This document shows positions 44,959 through 57,469 of a stretch of 64,000 bases of DNA, in pieces. The stretch spans positions 310,001 to 374,000 of the forward strand of contig MCFH01000031.1 of assembly GCA_002104945.1 (NCBI GenBank). The letters are read 5' to 3'. Position 1 is the stretch's first letter, and each line of letters starts with the position of its first letter. The position numbers and the translations under genes are program-made. Below the pieces are notes generated by a model. It was not told where the DNA came from. It worked only from the letters and a program-made list of their open reading frames with translations, and searched no databases. The DNA comes from Piromyces finnis finn (lineage: Eukaryota; Fungi; Neocallimastigomycota).

Positions 44959-46653
44959 TCATGAAGTTTTCAATACATATTTTCTAAATAATGCTGCTTT
45001 AGCATGAGATAATTCCTTGCCATTTACTAAAAATGAATAATTAGTATGTATAAAAGCATCTTCAGTACGATAGCCATAACCATATTCTGAACGAGAGTTA
45101 ATAATATCAAATGAGATGGTATATCTAGGGGAAACTCGATATTTCCAAATAGCTGATATATTTGATACGGGACGACCCGAGCAGGTCACAGTATAATCAA
45201 TTTTATTGGTTTGATAATATTGTATACATTGTTTGCATTTTTGTACTGACGTTGGTAATTCTAATGTGTCCATTGTTGAGAGGTCATTTTTTAACTTATT
45301 GTGTTCATAATCTTGATAATGTTCCATAGAACATGGAAGTTCTTCCGAAGGTCGATCATAGAATAAAACAATATTATTACCATACTCATATGGTATATAA
45401 ATACGTAAACCACCCAAGTAAGAAAAACCAAGTCGAGAAGAGAAATAATCAATAAAAAGAATTTTTTCTATCGGTATTTCTTTTTCAGAGTTATTTAGCA
45501 TTTTATAAAGATAATTAGGTTGTAAATAGGATGAATCACTGCCATTCAATTTCATTCTATCATTTTCCTTTTTCACATCTGTAATATATTTATCACTTGA
45601 AGGATTTAAAACTTCACCAAAAATATACCTATCACCTTGAAATACACTTGTCACTAAACTATTTAGGCATTCTATTTGATCACTAGTATATTTCCAATAA
45701 TCTGACCAATTATTTGGATTATCTAGAATAATAAAGAAAAAATGACAAGTTTGTCTTAAACTTAAAATTGTATCAAAATCACTTGACATTGCAATGTGAA
45801 TTAAAATTTCTCTTGGGAAATAAGATAATATAGGTGGTGTTTTACAACTCTTCTGGATATGCCCTTTCAATACGACTTCAGAATTTACATTATGAAATGA
45901 TGACGGTATTGAGGTTAATGGAGTTGAAATTGCTGGAGAAAGAGATAATATTTTATTTTTATTTTCTCTATTATTATTATTTCTATCCCTTTTATTATTT
46001 ATTAGCCATTGTGGATTTTCATCTATATTACACCTTTCTAAATTTAATGAAAGAGTAGAAGGGGTTGAATTTGATGACAATGAATTATATAAATCAATAT
46101 CTGAACTTGATTCTAAATTTGAATCAATTACATTAGAATAATGATTATCAATATTATCATTATTCATTATTATATCCTTTTCAAATAATGTATTACTACT
46201 ACTACTATTTATCAAACCTGTAGAAGCATTCAGAACATCTTTGTAATTCTTTGTGAAATCGGTTTTTGAAGTTGATGATTGAGTTAAAGAAAAATCATTA
46301 TTTTTTATATACTCATATTCAGTAAACATTGTAGTATTCTCTGAAACCCATGTTCCAATACTACTATGACTTTCAAAAGTATCAGAACTACCAGCTTCAC
46401 TATCACATTCACTATTTGAATTGTAATTATCGGATGTTATTGTATTATTATTATTATTATTATTGTTACATAATAAATTAAAATTATAATTTCTAACACC
46501 AGAATGAATAGATTTTTCTTTCAAATTACCAGAGGCGTCATTGTTTTTAATGTTTTTTTTGTTTGAATTATGTTTCTTTAATATGAAAGGTTTAAATAGT
46601 TTTTTTATTTTCAAAAAGCTTTGCTTTTTCTTTGAATAGGAATCAATATCCAT
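44959..46653 (-). CDS. F-box domain protein, 564 aa
   Basis: Intronless ORF. Ser/Asn-rich N-terminal half, then FPREILIHIAMSSDFDTILSLRQTCHFFFIILDNPNNW matching the F-box consensus. The C-terminal domain is unrecognised. Confidence 0.75.
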   Translation of the reverse strand: MDIDSYSKKKQSFLKIKKLFKPFILKKHNSNKKNIKNNDASGNLKEKSIHSGVRNYNFNLLCNNNNNNNNTITSDNYNSNSECDSEAGSSDTFESHSSIGTWVSENTTMFTEYEYIKNNDFSLTQSSTSKTDFTKNYKDVLNASTGLINSSSSNTLFEKDIIMNNDNIDNHYSNVIDSNLESSSDIDLYNSLSSNSTPSTLSLNLERCNIDENPQWLINNKRDRNNNNRENKNKILSLSPAISTPLTSIPSSFHNVNSEVVLKGHIQKSCKTPPILSYFPREILIHIAMSSDFDTILSLRQTCHFFFIILDNPNNWSDYWKYTSDQIECLNSLVTSVFQGDRYIFGEVLNPSSDKYITDVKKENDRMKLNGSDSSYLQPNYLYKMLNNSEKEIPIEKILFIDYFSSRLGFSYLGGLRIYIPYEYGNNIVLFYDRPSEELPCSMEHYQDYEHNKLKNDLSTMDTLELPTSVQKCKQCIQYYQTNKIDYTVTCSGRPVSNISAIWKYRVSPRYTISFDIINSRSEYGYGYRTEDAFIHTNYSFLVNGKELSHAKAALFRKYVLKTS

Positions 46654-47760
46654 AATATTATTATGAATAATATAATATATGAATTTTTTATTATATAATG
46701 GTTATAATTTTTGATATTAAAATAAATGTAATGTTTTTAATAAAAAAATTATAAAATACTTTATTAAATAATTTTTTCAATTCTTAACTTCTCTTCAAAT
46801 ACTTTTAAATAAATATACATATATATTATTCTATAAAATCTTGATAGTATTTTTCTTAAAAAAAAAATAAAAAAAAAAAGAAGAAAGAAATGTTATTGAT
46901 AAGATTTATTTCAAAATTTTCATTAACTATATGAAAAGTTTTTTCTTTCAATAATTTAATAATGATTATTAATTCGTTAATGTACTTTTTTATAAAAAAA
47001 ATTACTGTTTTTTTCTTTTGTATTTCAATATAAAAATATAAAAAAATGTATTGAAAACTATATTTGTTGTATTATGGTTAATAATAGGTAAAAATATGAT
47101 GAGTTCATAGTGTAATAATAGATTATATAATAAATGAATAAACAATTAATGTCTATGTCTTCTATATTATACTGAAGGTAGGCTCTTTCAATTTACTATA
47201 ATAAGGAAAAATAGAAATCACTTTTCTGAATTCAATTCAATTATAATTATAAATAGTTTTAACAAGTCATTAAAACTAAAATACTGAAATTGAAATCAGA
47301 ATAAGTATTATATATTTATTGTTATTTCTGATAATATCAAAAATAAAATATGTTAATGAGATAAATAATGGAAAGAAAAAATAAGTAAACAAAAAGAAAA
47401 AATATAAAGAAAAATAACTAGTATATGTTATAATTATTAAGGGTGGTTTTTTATATATTCTTCCTCCTTTAATTAATTGTTGTTTTATGATTAATTTAAA
47501 AAGTTAATCAATTAACTTTTTTTTTACCATAAAATTTTAAATATTAATATTTTTACAATTTAATCTATTCTTTAATATTAAAATATATTTAAAATTGTTG
47601 AAAAAAAAAAAAGAAATTAAATTACTATTTATATTGTGGTACATTAGAATATATTGTATTGATCGAATATATTATCAATATAAATATTAATTTATAATTC
47701 ATTTAAATTCCACAAATATCAAAAAAGAATAATTTAAAATATGAAAATATAAATAAAATG

Positions 47761-47793
47761 AATAATAATAATAATATAATAATAATAATAATA

Positions 47794-47885
<92 letters not shown>
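47761..47885. repeat. Intergenic (AAT)n microsatellite with periodic AATAT interruptions
   Basis: Directly visible repeat downstream of the 48098-49042 ORF. Confidence 0.9.
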
Positions 47886-47886
<1 letters not shown>

Positions 47887-48097
47887 GCAACATTACATCA
47901 TTATTTCATTTTTATTCAAATAATGGTTTAATTTTAATTAAATGTTGAAAAGTATACATTAAAACTTGGAATTACTAAATAAATTTTATAAAAACTAGCC
48001 TTTATTAAATTTAAAAAATTATTATATACATATTAGATAAAAATTTTATTTTAACCTATAATATTTATATAATTTTTCTTTTTTTTTTTCTATTTAT

Positions 48098-49042
48098 TTA
48101 CTTCTTATTTTTCTTTTTGTTTTTTTTTTTGCTATTTTTATTACTTTTCTTTATGTTTCTTTTGCTATTTTTATTTTTTGGTTGATTTCCGTTATTTGAA
48201 ATACTTTCTTTATTGTTTTCTTCATTATTATTTTCTTCTTTAATATTATAATTATCAATATTGTCATTGTTATTATCATTGTCAATGACATCGTCATCAT
48301 TAATGTCATAGTTATTATGAATTTTATTTATTATTGATAATTTAAGTTTTTCATTCTCTTTATATATAGTTGGCATATAATGAGGTGAAAATAATTCAGT
48401 AGCACAAGTTAATCCATTGCTTGCTTTAATAACAATGAAAAAAATTCTACAAGTATAAGCTTGAAGGATAGGAATAGGCATATATTCTTTTAAATCACCT
48501 ATTGGTATTTCTTCCACAATTGAATTAATTAAATTGCTAGGCAAATAAGAATACCGTTGTATTTTTTTAAATTTTTTCTCTTCATATTCTTGAAATAATT
48601 CCTGACATTCAATCTCATCCCAATAATGATATTTCGTTATAATTAAATAAACTTCCGCCTTTATATTTCTTTTTTTAAAAAAATTAACTAGTTCTCTAAA
48701 AGAGTAAGGATAAATAACATGTTGACGGATGATGTCATCAAAATTATAAAACATTTGTTCTGCATAATTTATATTTATAGAATTATATTCATATTTAAGT
48801 TTATTGACATTTAATCTCTCATCATAGTTTTCGTTTGAACATACATAAGCAATATGTGTAGATTTTAATATTGGCTTAATTTTATCACCATAATCATTTG
48901 GGTCATTATAATAGATATGATGTTTTTCCTTATATTCTTCTAATAATGATCCATATAATTGTAAATCTTCCATTAGTCTAATCATTGATTCAAGAGAATC
49001 TTTATTTCTCTTGTTTTTTTCATATCTTTTATTTCTATTCAT
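48098..49042 (-). CDS. Hypothetical protein, 314 aa, globular-looking core plus Asn/Lys-rich basic tail
   Basis: A 945-nt stop-free ORF is very unlikely by chance at this AT content. Mixed, protein-like composition. No family recognised. Confidence 0.7.
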   Translation of the reverse strand: MNRNKRYEKNKRNKDSLESMIRLMEDLQLYGSLLEEYKEKHHIYYNDPNDYGDKIKPILKSTHIAYVCSNENYDERLNVNKLKYEYNSININYAEQMFYNFDDIIRQHVIYPYSFRELVNFFKKRNIKAEVYLIITKYHYWDEIECQELFQEYEEKKFKKIQRYSYLPSNLINSIVEEIPIGDLKEYMPIPILQAYTCRIFFIVIKASNGLTCATELFSPHYMPTIYKENEKLKLSIINKIHNNYDINDDDVIDNDNNNDNIDNYNIKEENNNEENNKESISNNGNQPKNKNSKRNIKKSNKNSKKKNKKKNKK

Positions 49043-49160
49043 GATAATTTATAATTAAAAAAAAATAGAAATAAAAGAGATAAAATATTATTATGGATAT
49101 AATACTATATATTATATAGTATTAAAAAAAGGAAAAGAATAAATTGTTAATAAGCTATAT

Positions 49161-49220
49161 TTGGTCATAAATATAAATTAAAAAAAAATTTTTTTTTAAT
49201 TTATATCATTTTATGACCAA
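49161..49220. repeat. Near-perfect ~60-bp palindrome (inverted repeat)
   Basis: TTGGTCATAA-ATATAAATT-A9|T9-AATTTATAT-catt-TTATGACCAA. The core 49171-49206 is a perfect palindrome; the outer 10-bp arms pair around a 4-nt bulge. Confidence 0.85.
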
Positions 49221-52200
49221 TTTATAGACCAATTTATAGATATAAATTAGTAACAAATTATTAACTATTTATATGGATATATTATATTAAAAAAAGAGAA
49301 TTATAAAATTATTCTATATATATTTATAAATATCATTTATGAGTTGTTATAATATTATAATTAAACTATTAAAATAAATTATATTAGTAAGATACCATCT
49401 TCGTGATAAAGGACTCGATTTAATATAATAACACTTTCTTGGACATTATATGATCAATCTATTATATTTCTAAAAATCAAAACAATTATTAAATATCATA
49501 ATTTATTATAACAATAGGTGATAACAATAATAATGATGAATAAATAAAAATTATATATTTATTAATTTGTTTAATAACACTTCAGAAAAAAAAAAATTTT
49601 AACATTAAACCAAATAATTAATTTATTTTTAAAATTTTGTCAAACTAATAATAATCATTAACTTAATGACTAAAACTGATTATAATAATTATTAATTTAC
49701 ACAAAAATGAAATAATTACATTTGATAAATAATAATTTAAATTATATTTTTCAACAATATTTTTTTTAAATATTCCAAACAAGAAATAAGTAAAGCTTTG
49801 AATATGAAAAGCAAAAACTATATAAGTAATAAAATAATAAAATAAATGATATTTATATAAATATTATATATTTCATATTTAATATATATACATTAAAATT
49901 GTTTAGATCACTTCATTTTACTGGAAATTGTAGTATCTAATTTTATTATTAAAATTATAAAATTTTCTATCAAATACCTTAATTCTGTAAATAGATATAA
50001 ATATAATATTTTTTATATATTACAATAAAAGTTACTATGGATAAAATAATTTTTATCTACTTATAATTAAAATATATACAGATCTTTTAAAAGTTTACCA
50101 ATGAACCAATATTAAATTATAAAATATTGAATCATATTCGTAATATTAGCATTCCAAAACTCTCTAAATAAATAAGTGAAAAGAAGCAAGAAAGAAAACT
50201 AAATTATATCACTATTAAATATATAATCAGAATAAAATGTTATTCTATTAAAAAAGTATTATGTGAAGTATTATAATTATGATATAATAAAAATATTACA
50301 AAAATTTTTATATATATTATTATTTCTTTTATACAATTATTTTATCTTTATTGAATTATTATATTAAAATATTATATATATGTATATATTGATTAAAAGG
50401 AAAATAAAAAAGAAGAAATAAAAATATAATTGTTAATATGGATGTCTACAACTTCTATGACATTTTATATTTTGAAAAAAATATTAATTCTTCAAAAAAA
50501 AATTATTAAAAATTAAAAAAACAAGAGTTTTAATATAAAAATTATTTCAATATAATACAGAATTTAAATTAATTTTTTTGGAAATAAATATTAATATAAA
50601 AATTTTAATTTGTTTATATACCATAAAAAGGTTTCATCCCTATATAAAAATATATAAAAAGAAAAACCTTTTAAATAGTATAAAAAATTATAATAATAAT
50701 GGTTAATGGTTTAATAAATAACAAAATAAAAAAATATATATAATTATTATCGGGTTTTTATATTATTCTATTTTATTAATAATTATTGATATAAGCTAAA
50801 AATTATTTTATTAATATTTTTAATATATCATTTATTATAAAATAAATAAAAATTATAAATATGTAATGTAATATTACTATTATTTAATCTCAATATAAAA
50901 TCAAGAAACAAAATTAAATACTTTTTTATCGTAATTATATTGAATTTATTATAATAAAATAAATTGATATATATTATAATTATTTAAAAGGTTATTGTTT
51001 GATTATATAAATTTTATTCTCATAATACTTGATTTAATATTTTATATTCATAAAATGAAAAAAAATAAATAAATATAAAGAGATATAATTATGAAAAAAA
51101 AATTGGTGATTATTTATTTATAAAAAATAAAATAGCAGTAGTATTGAAATATATGTATTTTTTTTATTGACAAAATATTGAAAAGATTGATGATGAGTTA
51201 TTACTATAAGAGAGGTAAATATTTTTTATATTAATATTAATTAAATTAGCTTTTCTTGGTTACCAATTCTATACTCGTTTTGTCATAGTTATTTTATAAA
51301 ATTCACAAATTTTTATTTTACAAAAAACATAAATATCAATGATTTTAGTTTTTATTAAAAACTAATAATTTAAATTTTATATATAATATTAAATCTTCAA
51401 TAGCTTTTTACTAAAAAAAAAAAAGAGTATTTTACATAATTTGGTAAAGATAATAAATTAAACATCTTTGATAAAGAATTGTTGATTCAAAAATAACACT
51501 AATTCAAATAAATATTTTAGTTTTTATTTATTTATATGCTTATAAAGACAAAAAAATATTAAAATTAAATCAATAAAATATAAAAATAATATAAATAAAA
51601 ATATGAAAAACAATTTTAAAAAAATAGAATGAAAATTAAATTAAAAAATGAAATATTAAAAAAAAATAATACTTTTTCATAATTATAATATACATTTACC
51701 AATTATTAAATATTAATAATATGATATTTTTATTGATATTTTATTAAATATATCCCATAATTTCACGTTACAAATTAAAATAGTAATTTTTCTTATATTA
51801 AATATATTAATATATTTTTCAATTTATTTTTTTTAGTTGTTTACTTTTCATAAAATTCATTTCTATAATTTTTATGGAACACTTTTCATTTCATAGTTAT
51901 TTTTTAAACAAAAGTTTTATTACAAAGATATATATTTATTTTCTCCATACTTTGTAATTTTTTTATCATTTATATCATTTACACTTTGGTGTAATCTGAA
52001 TATGAAAATTTTTTTTGTTGAGGAATAATATATAATATATAAGGTTGGGTTATATTATAATTTCTATTTTTTAATTATTCCTTATTTGTTTTTGTTTTGG
52101 GGTCATTTCATTTATATTATTTTTCATAATATATTATCAATATATAAAAATATTTTTCTAATTTCCTTTTATAGAAAACAATTATTTGCTTGTGTAATGG

Positions 52201-54653
52201 AAACTTTAAGTATTCCTTTTATGGTTATATTTAATTTTCTTTTTTTATTCTATTTTCTAAATGTAACACTACAAAAAAAAGTGAGCAATAGATAAAAATA
52301 AATAAATATATATATTATTAATTTTTTTAATGAATTCAAAAAATAATATCATTAGTAACATTTAACTATTTTTTCGTTTTAATTATTCTTTATTCATTTT
52401 TATTAACTCTTTCAACATATTATAATTATTATATTATTTATTTTAAGTTTAGTCTTTTTTATTTCCTATATAGCTTAATCATTCACTTTTACTATATTCT
52501 ATAATAAATAAAATTAAAAATTTTTTAACTAAATATAGTTGGTCCAATGATGTTATTTTAATAATAATTTTAATTTAAAAAATCATTATTATTTATAAAA
52601 AAAGCATTCTGTAACATCTTAAAAGTAAATGAATAAAGGATAATAAATAAATATATTATCAATATCCAATTTCAACAATAAATTATTTACATAACATATT
52701 AACTGTCTATTAATTTTCTTTCATGCTTCTTTCTTTTTTATTTATTTCTTTATCACTTAAGGTCGTTACTGATTATAATTAAACCTTTATTTTTAATTAC
52801 CTCCAATCAATGCATAAAAAATAAAATTAATTAAAAAATTTGGTTCTTTTTTTTTTTTATTTTTCCATAATTACAAAAGATATAAATTAAAAATCGATTT
52901 TAATATATTGTTTTACATTTTATCTAATATAATTTAAAATAATAAAAATAAATAAAAGATAGGTTACATTTTTTAATATTTCATAATAATAATACAAAAG
53001 AAAAAAAAATGGAAAGAATTTGAAGACTTTTTATTAATATTTTATTAGTGAAATATGATTGATAATTATTGTTATACAGAAAAAAAAAAAGATAATAATA
53101 ATAATTATTATTATTTTTTTTTTTATAGATATATTATTGAAATAGATTATTAATAATGCTATTTGATATTTCTATATTATATTATTGTGAATCTTTTTAT
53201 AATTGGAAATAATATATAATTATATTGAAGAAAAGCAATTTCTTTTTTTTATTATAATCAAAGTATGTATAAAATGATTTTTAATTATCATTCAATATTC
53301 ATTTATTATGACATAGTGAATGTAAATTTTCTATATATTTATATTCTTTTTTAAAAATAACATTTATAATTATTATTTTTTCAATTAAGAAAAATTGGTT
53401 AGAATATTATAATATTATTACAATAAAAATAGATTAATTATAAAAGTTGAAATTTATTTAATTTAATATGATTTGTTTATTTAATAATTCTAAAGATTTA
53501 TTAATATAATTATATATTATCTATCTATTTATTTATTTACATTTTACATGCAAAGTAATTAAATTAATATACATAAATAGTATAATAATATATTGGAGTA
53601 ATTTAAAAGTTTTTATTTATTATATATATGTTATTTCAAGTTTATTTATATTATTATTATTACTAATAAAAATAAGAGAAATAAGCTATTTATTTTTTAA
53701 GTAATCATTTTTAATAAATAATAGAAATTTTATTTTTTTTATGGAAAAATTCTATTATTATTAAATGTTAAACTTTCCTTTTTAATAATTTTATATATTA
53801 ATTTTAGAAGAGAAATATAAATACTTTTTAATTTTTTTTATAAAAAAAAAGCAATCTATCTTTTTGCTATATTTGTACATTATTAATAGGATAAACTTTT
53901 TTTTTATTATATAACAATATAATATAATATATTATTTATAACAACAATATTCTTTAAATTTAAATAAATTTTATTTTCCTATAAAAAGAAAACAATTCAT
54001 AAAATAATTTATTTTTGTCATTTATAAATATTAATATATATATATATAAAATCTCGATTATTTATATTTTCTTTAGTAAAATTAACTTTTTTTTTTTTAA
54101 AAAAAAATACAACATATAAAGGTAAAAGGAGGAAGAAATAAAAAAAAAAAAAATCTTTATTTTATAATAACAATTTTTATATAAGCATTTTATTTCATGT
54201 ATAAAAGGTTTTTTTTTTTAAAAAAAAAAATAAAAATGATTTATTAACTATACACTTTATTATATTTTATAGAATTAAAATAGACTAAGATTGAATATAT
54301 TACATCACTTTTATATACAATATACCTTGAATAATTTCATTTATTTAATATGATATATACCCGAATTAATTAAAAAAAAAAAAAAAAAAAAAAGTAATGT
54401 ATTTTAGATATATTAGTTTAAAAGTTGGATTATAGTAATTCTTATTATTAACATATCAAACCATTTTTAAAATTATAACAATCTTTATAATTTGTGATTT
54501 GGTGATTTTCAAATTATTAGATAACAATATTATTTAATATTACATACTACAAAAAAAAAAAAAAAAGAGGAAAAGAATTTTTTTTATAAAATATAGTGAT
54601 AAACCAATATATTTTTTTTTTAAAAAGTTATAAATATTGTCAATGTCAATGTC

Positions 54654-57434
54654 ATGCATTCAAATACCAAAAAATATTCGCCTGTAAAAATACTTGCTAT
54701 TCTTTTTTCACTCTTATTAACAATTGAGATTTCAATAAATTATTTTTCTTCTTCATCTATTCATTTTTTACGTATTCGTAAAATCGAAGATGAATCAGTA
54801 GATGTTAAAACAATAAAGGAAATAGGAGATAGTAATAAAGATCAATATATAAATGGTAATAATGGTAATCAAATAGATTATTATGATAATATTACAAAAT
54901 ATTCTTCAGCTAGTACTTCAATTCTGTCGTACATAAACGATAATTGTAATTATTGTGTAAATACGCAATTCTTTGAAAATTATTATCATAAGTATTGCCC
55001 TTACCAACCATCGGATTTAGACCAAATAGATTATTGCCAATATTTTTACTTAAGATTGATAAATGAATATTCATTTCCAACGCTTTTATCATCTATACTT
55101 ACCCTCATTTCAGGTAAAATGAATTCTTTGAAACTAACTATTAACAATCAAAGTAAATTATTAATACCACCAAATTCAAAATGCTATAAAATACAGAAAC
55201 AAACTCCAAGATATGGTGCATCATATCATACCCCAAAATTTTCTGCACCGCAAAAGAAATATTCTTTTCATACCTATACTTCACCAAGAGATAAAATAAA
55301 GATTCGGACTAATAATTTTAATTTACTTTATAGACGTATTGGTGAAACTCAGGAGTATCTAAGTGAATATTATGAAAATATTACTATTTTAACTTCAAAA
55401 AATCTTATTTGTATTAATACTAGATCAAAAGAACCTTTTACAATAGATTTTAGAAATATACTTTTGAATATTAATACAAACCAATCTAAAAATAATAATG
55501 ATTTACATATTGTAAAAAATAAAAATAAAAAAATCACACTTTCAAACGATATACCCAAAACTCCATTGAATAAGGAAAATACTAATGATTCACTCAATCA
55601 AAACAATAAACTCTCCCTTATTCTTCATCTATTGTTTTCGGGAAGTACAACAAATTGGGTGGTGAATTTAATTATGACATTGATTAAAGGATCATTGATT
55701 TTATATCTAATTAATATTGTTAAAGTAAGTTTGATTATATATTTAATTTAAATTTAAACACATTTTATTTTTATAAATCATATATTTTATTAATCATAAA
55801 TAATTTTTATGATATATTAATATTTATATATCTTAATTATTATTACTTTGTGATATATAATTTTGTAATAATTTTATAATTTGTAATTATTATTGAATAT
55901 AATTTATTATTATAATTATTATTATTAATAATATTAATCATAAATTAACATTTTTTTATTATTAAATATATTATTAGATTAATGAAAATAAGAAGAATAA
56001 GAATTCATTAGAGAATGGTAAAAATAAAAGTAAAAATGGTAGTAAAAATAATAGAAATAAAAAATCTCATCAAAATAAAATTACGGATGATTATGTAGAA
56101 GTTTCGAAAAAACTATCAAAATTAACAAAAGATCAAAAAATTAAAAAAGTTCGATCGAAGAAGGGCGAGAAAAAGAATATTCATAAAATAAATTCAAATT
56201 GTCCAGGTAGAGATTCTTCGAAACGAATGTCTATAAAATCTCTTAGAGATTTTGTAAATGCTACAAAATCAGCTTCATCTGATTCTCAATCAACTTCAAC
56301 AAAAAATCACCCTTCTTCAATGAATAATGGTTTTAAGGATAAAAATAAAAATCATATTAAAATAACTATGGAAAAATTAAAATCAATTACAAGTAGTCTT
56401 ACTATTAAAACAAAGATATTTATTCGTGTAATGCATATCATTAAAAATTTTATTTCATCAATTATAGCAATTCCTATGTCACTTTCTAATTTTTTGAAAG
56501 CTTCAAAAATAACATCAATAGATGTAATTTTATCGAATAATAGAAATCTAAAAGAAAATATTGATGATAAAAAAGCAAAAGATATTATAACAAGTCAAGA
56601 TAATAAAAATAAAAAAGAACATCGTAATGATATGAAAAACAAAGAAACTCAGCTAAAAAGTAATACAAGTAATAAAAGTAATTCTATTAAAGATCAAAAT
56701 TGTTCAATAGAATCCACAAAAAAGCAAAAGCATAAACAAAAATTAAAATTAAACAAAAATCAAAATGTAAAATATGTTGAACAATTTAATGAAAATCTTA
56801 ATATAAATACCTTAAAAAAAGATAATTTGAATGTTGAAGAGGAAATTCAACACGAATATAAGAATGAAGGAAATATAGATTTATCTAAAGATAAAAAAAC
56901 ATTGCATGATTCAGGAATATTTATCTCAAAGTTTGATTTTACAAAATCAGCAGAAAAAATCCAAAAATCTAAATCCGAACAAAAATTAGTTGATAAAGAA
57001 AATAATATGAAAAATAATGAGAAAATATCCAATAAAAATGATAAGAAAAAATCAATTTCAAAATTAACTACTAGTATTTCTGATGTCAGGATAACTTCTT
57101 CAAATATCAAAAATTCAAAAATAGAAGAAAATGAGATAATAATGAAAGAGTCAGTGAAATCAACAAAAACATCAAAAAAAAATAAAAAAAATAGGAAACA
57201 ATCCTTTTCATCAAATCAACTGGAAAGAAACAAAATTGATACTCCACTATCATCAGTTCTAACTGTATCATCAATTTTAACAACAAAACCATCTAATTCA
57301 CCATCATCATTAACTACAACATCATTGCAAAAGTCTATTCCAGAAGCACCATCATTAAAAATAAATGCAAATTCTATTAGACATAATTTAGAAAAAAATA
57401 AACAGTATAATTCTTTATCAAGTGAAAAGGTAAG

Positions 57435-57469
<35 letters not shown>

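Noticed and set aside
43114-49042. Co-oriented phosphoesterase, F-box and orphan genes as a putative operon-like or defence system
   Set aside because: The genes have separate eukaryotic structures and no shared pathway logic or shared regulatory repeat; co-orientation alone is weak evidence.
49380-50280. Possible decayed coding fragments (e.g. KFTNEPILNYKILNHIRNISIPKLSK*)
   Set aside because: Interrupted by stops with no identifiable family; not distinguishable from AT-rich noise by eye.
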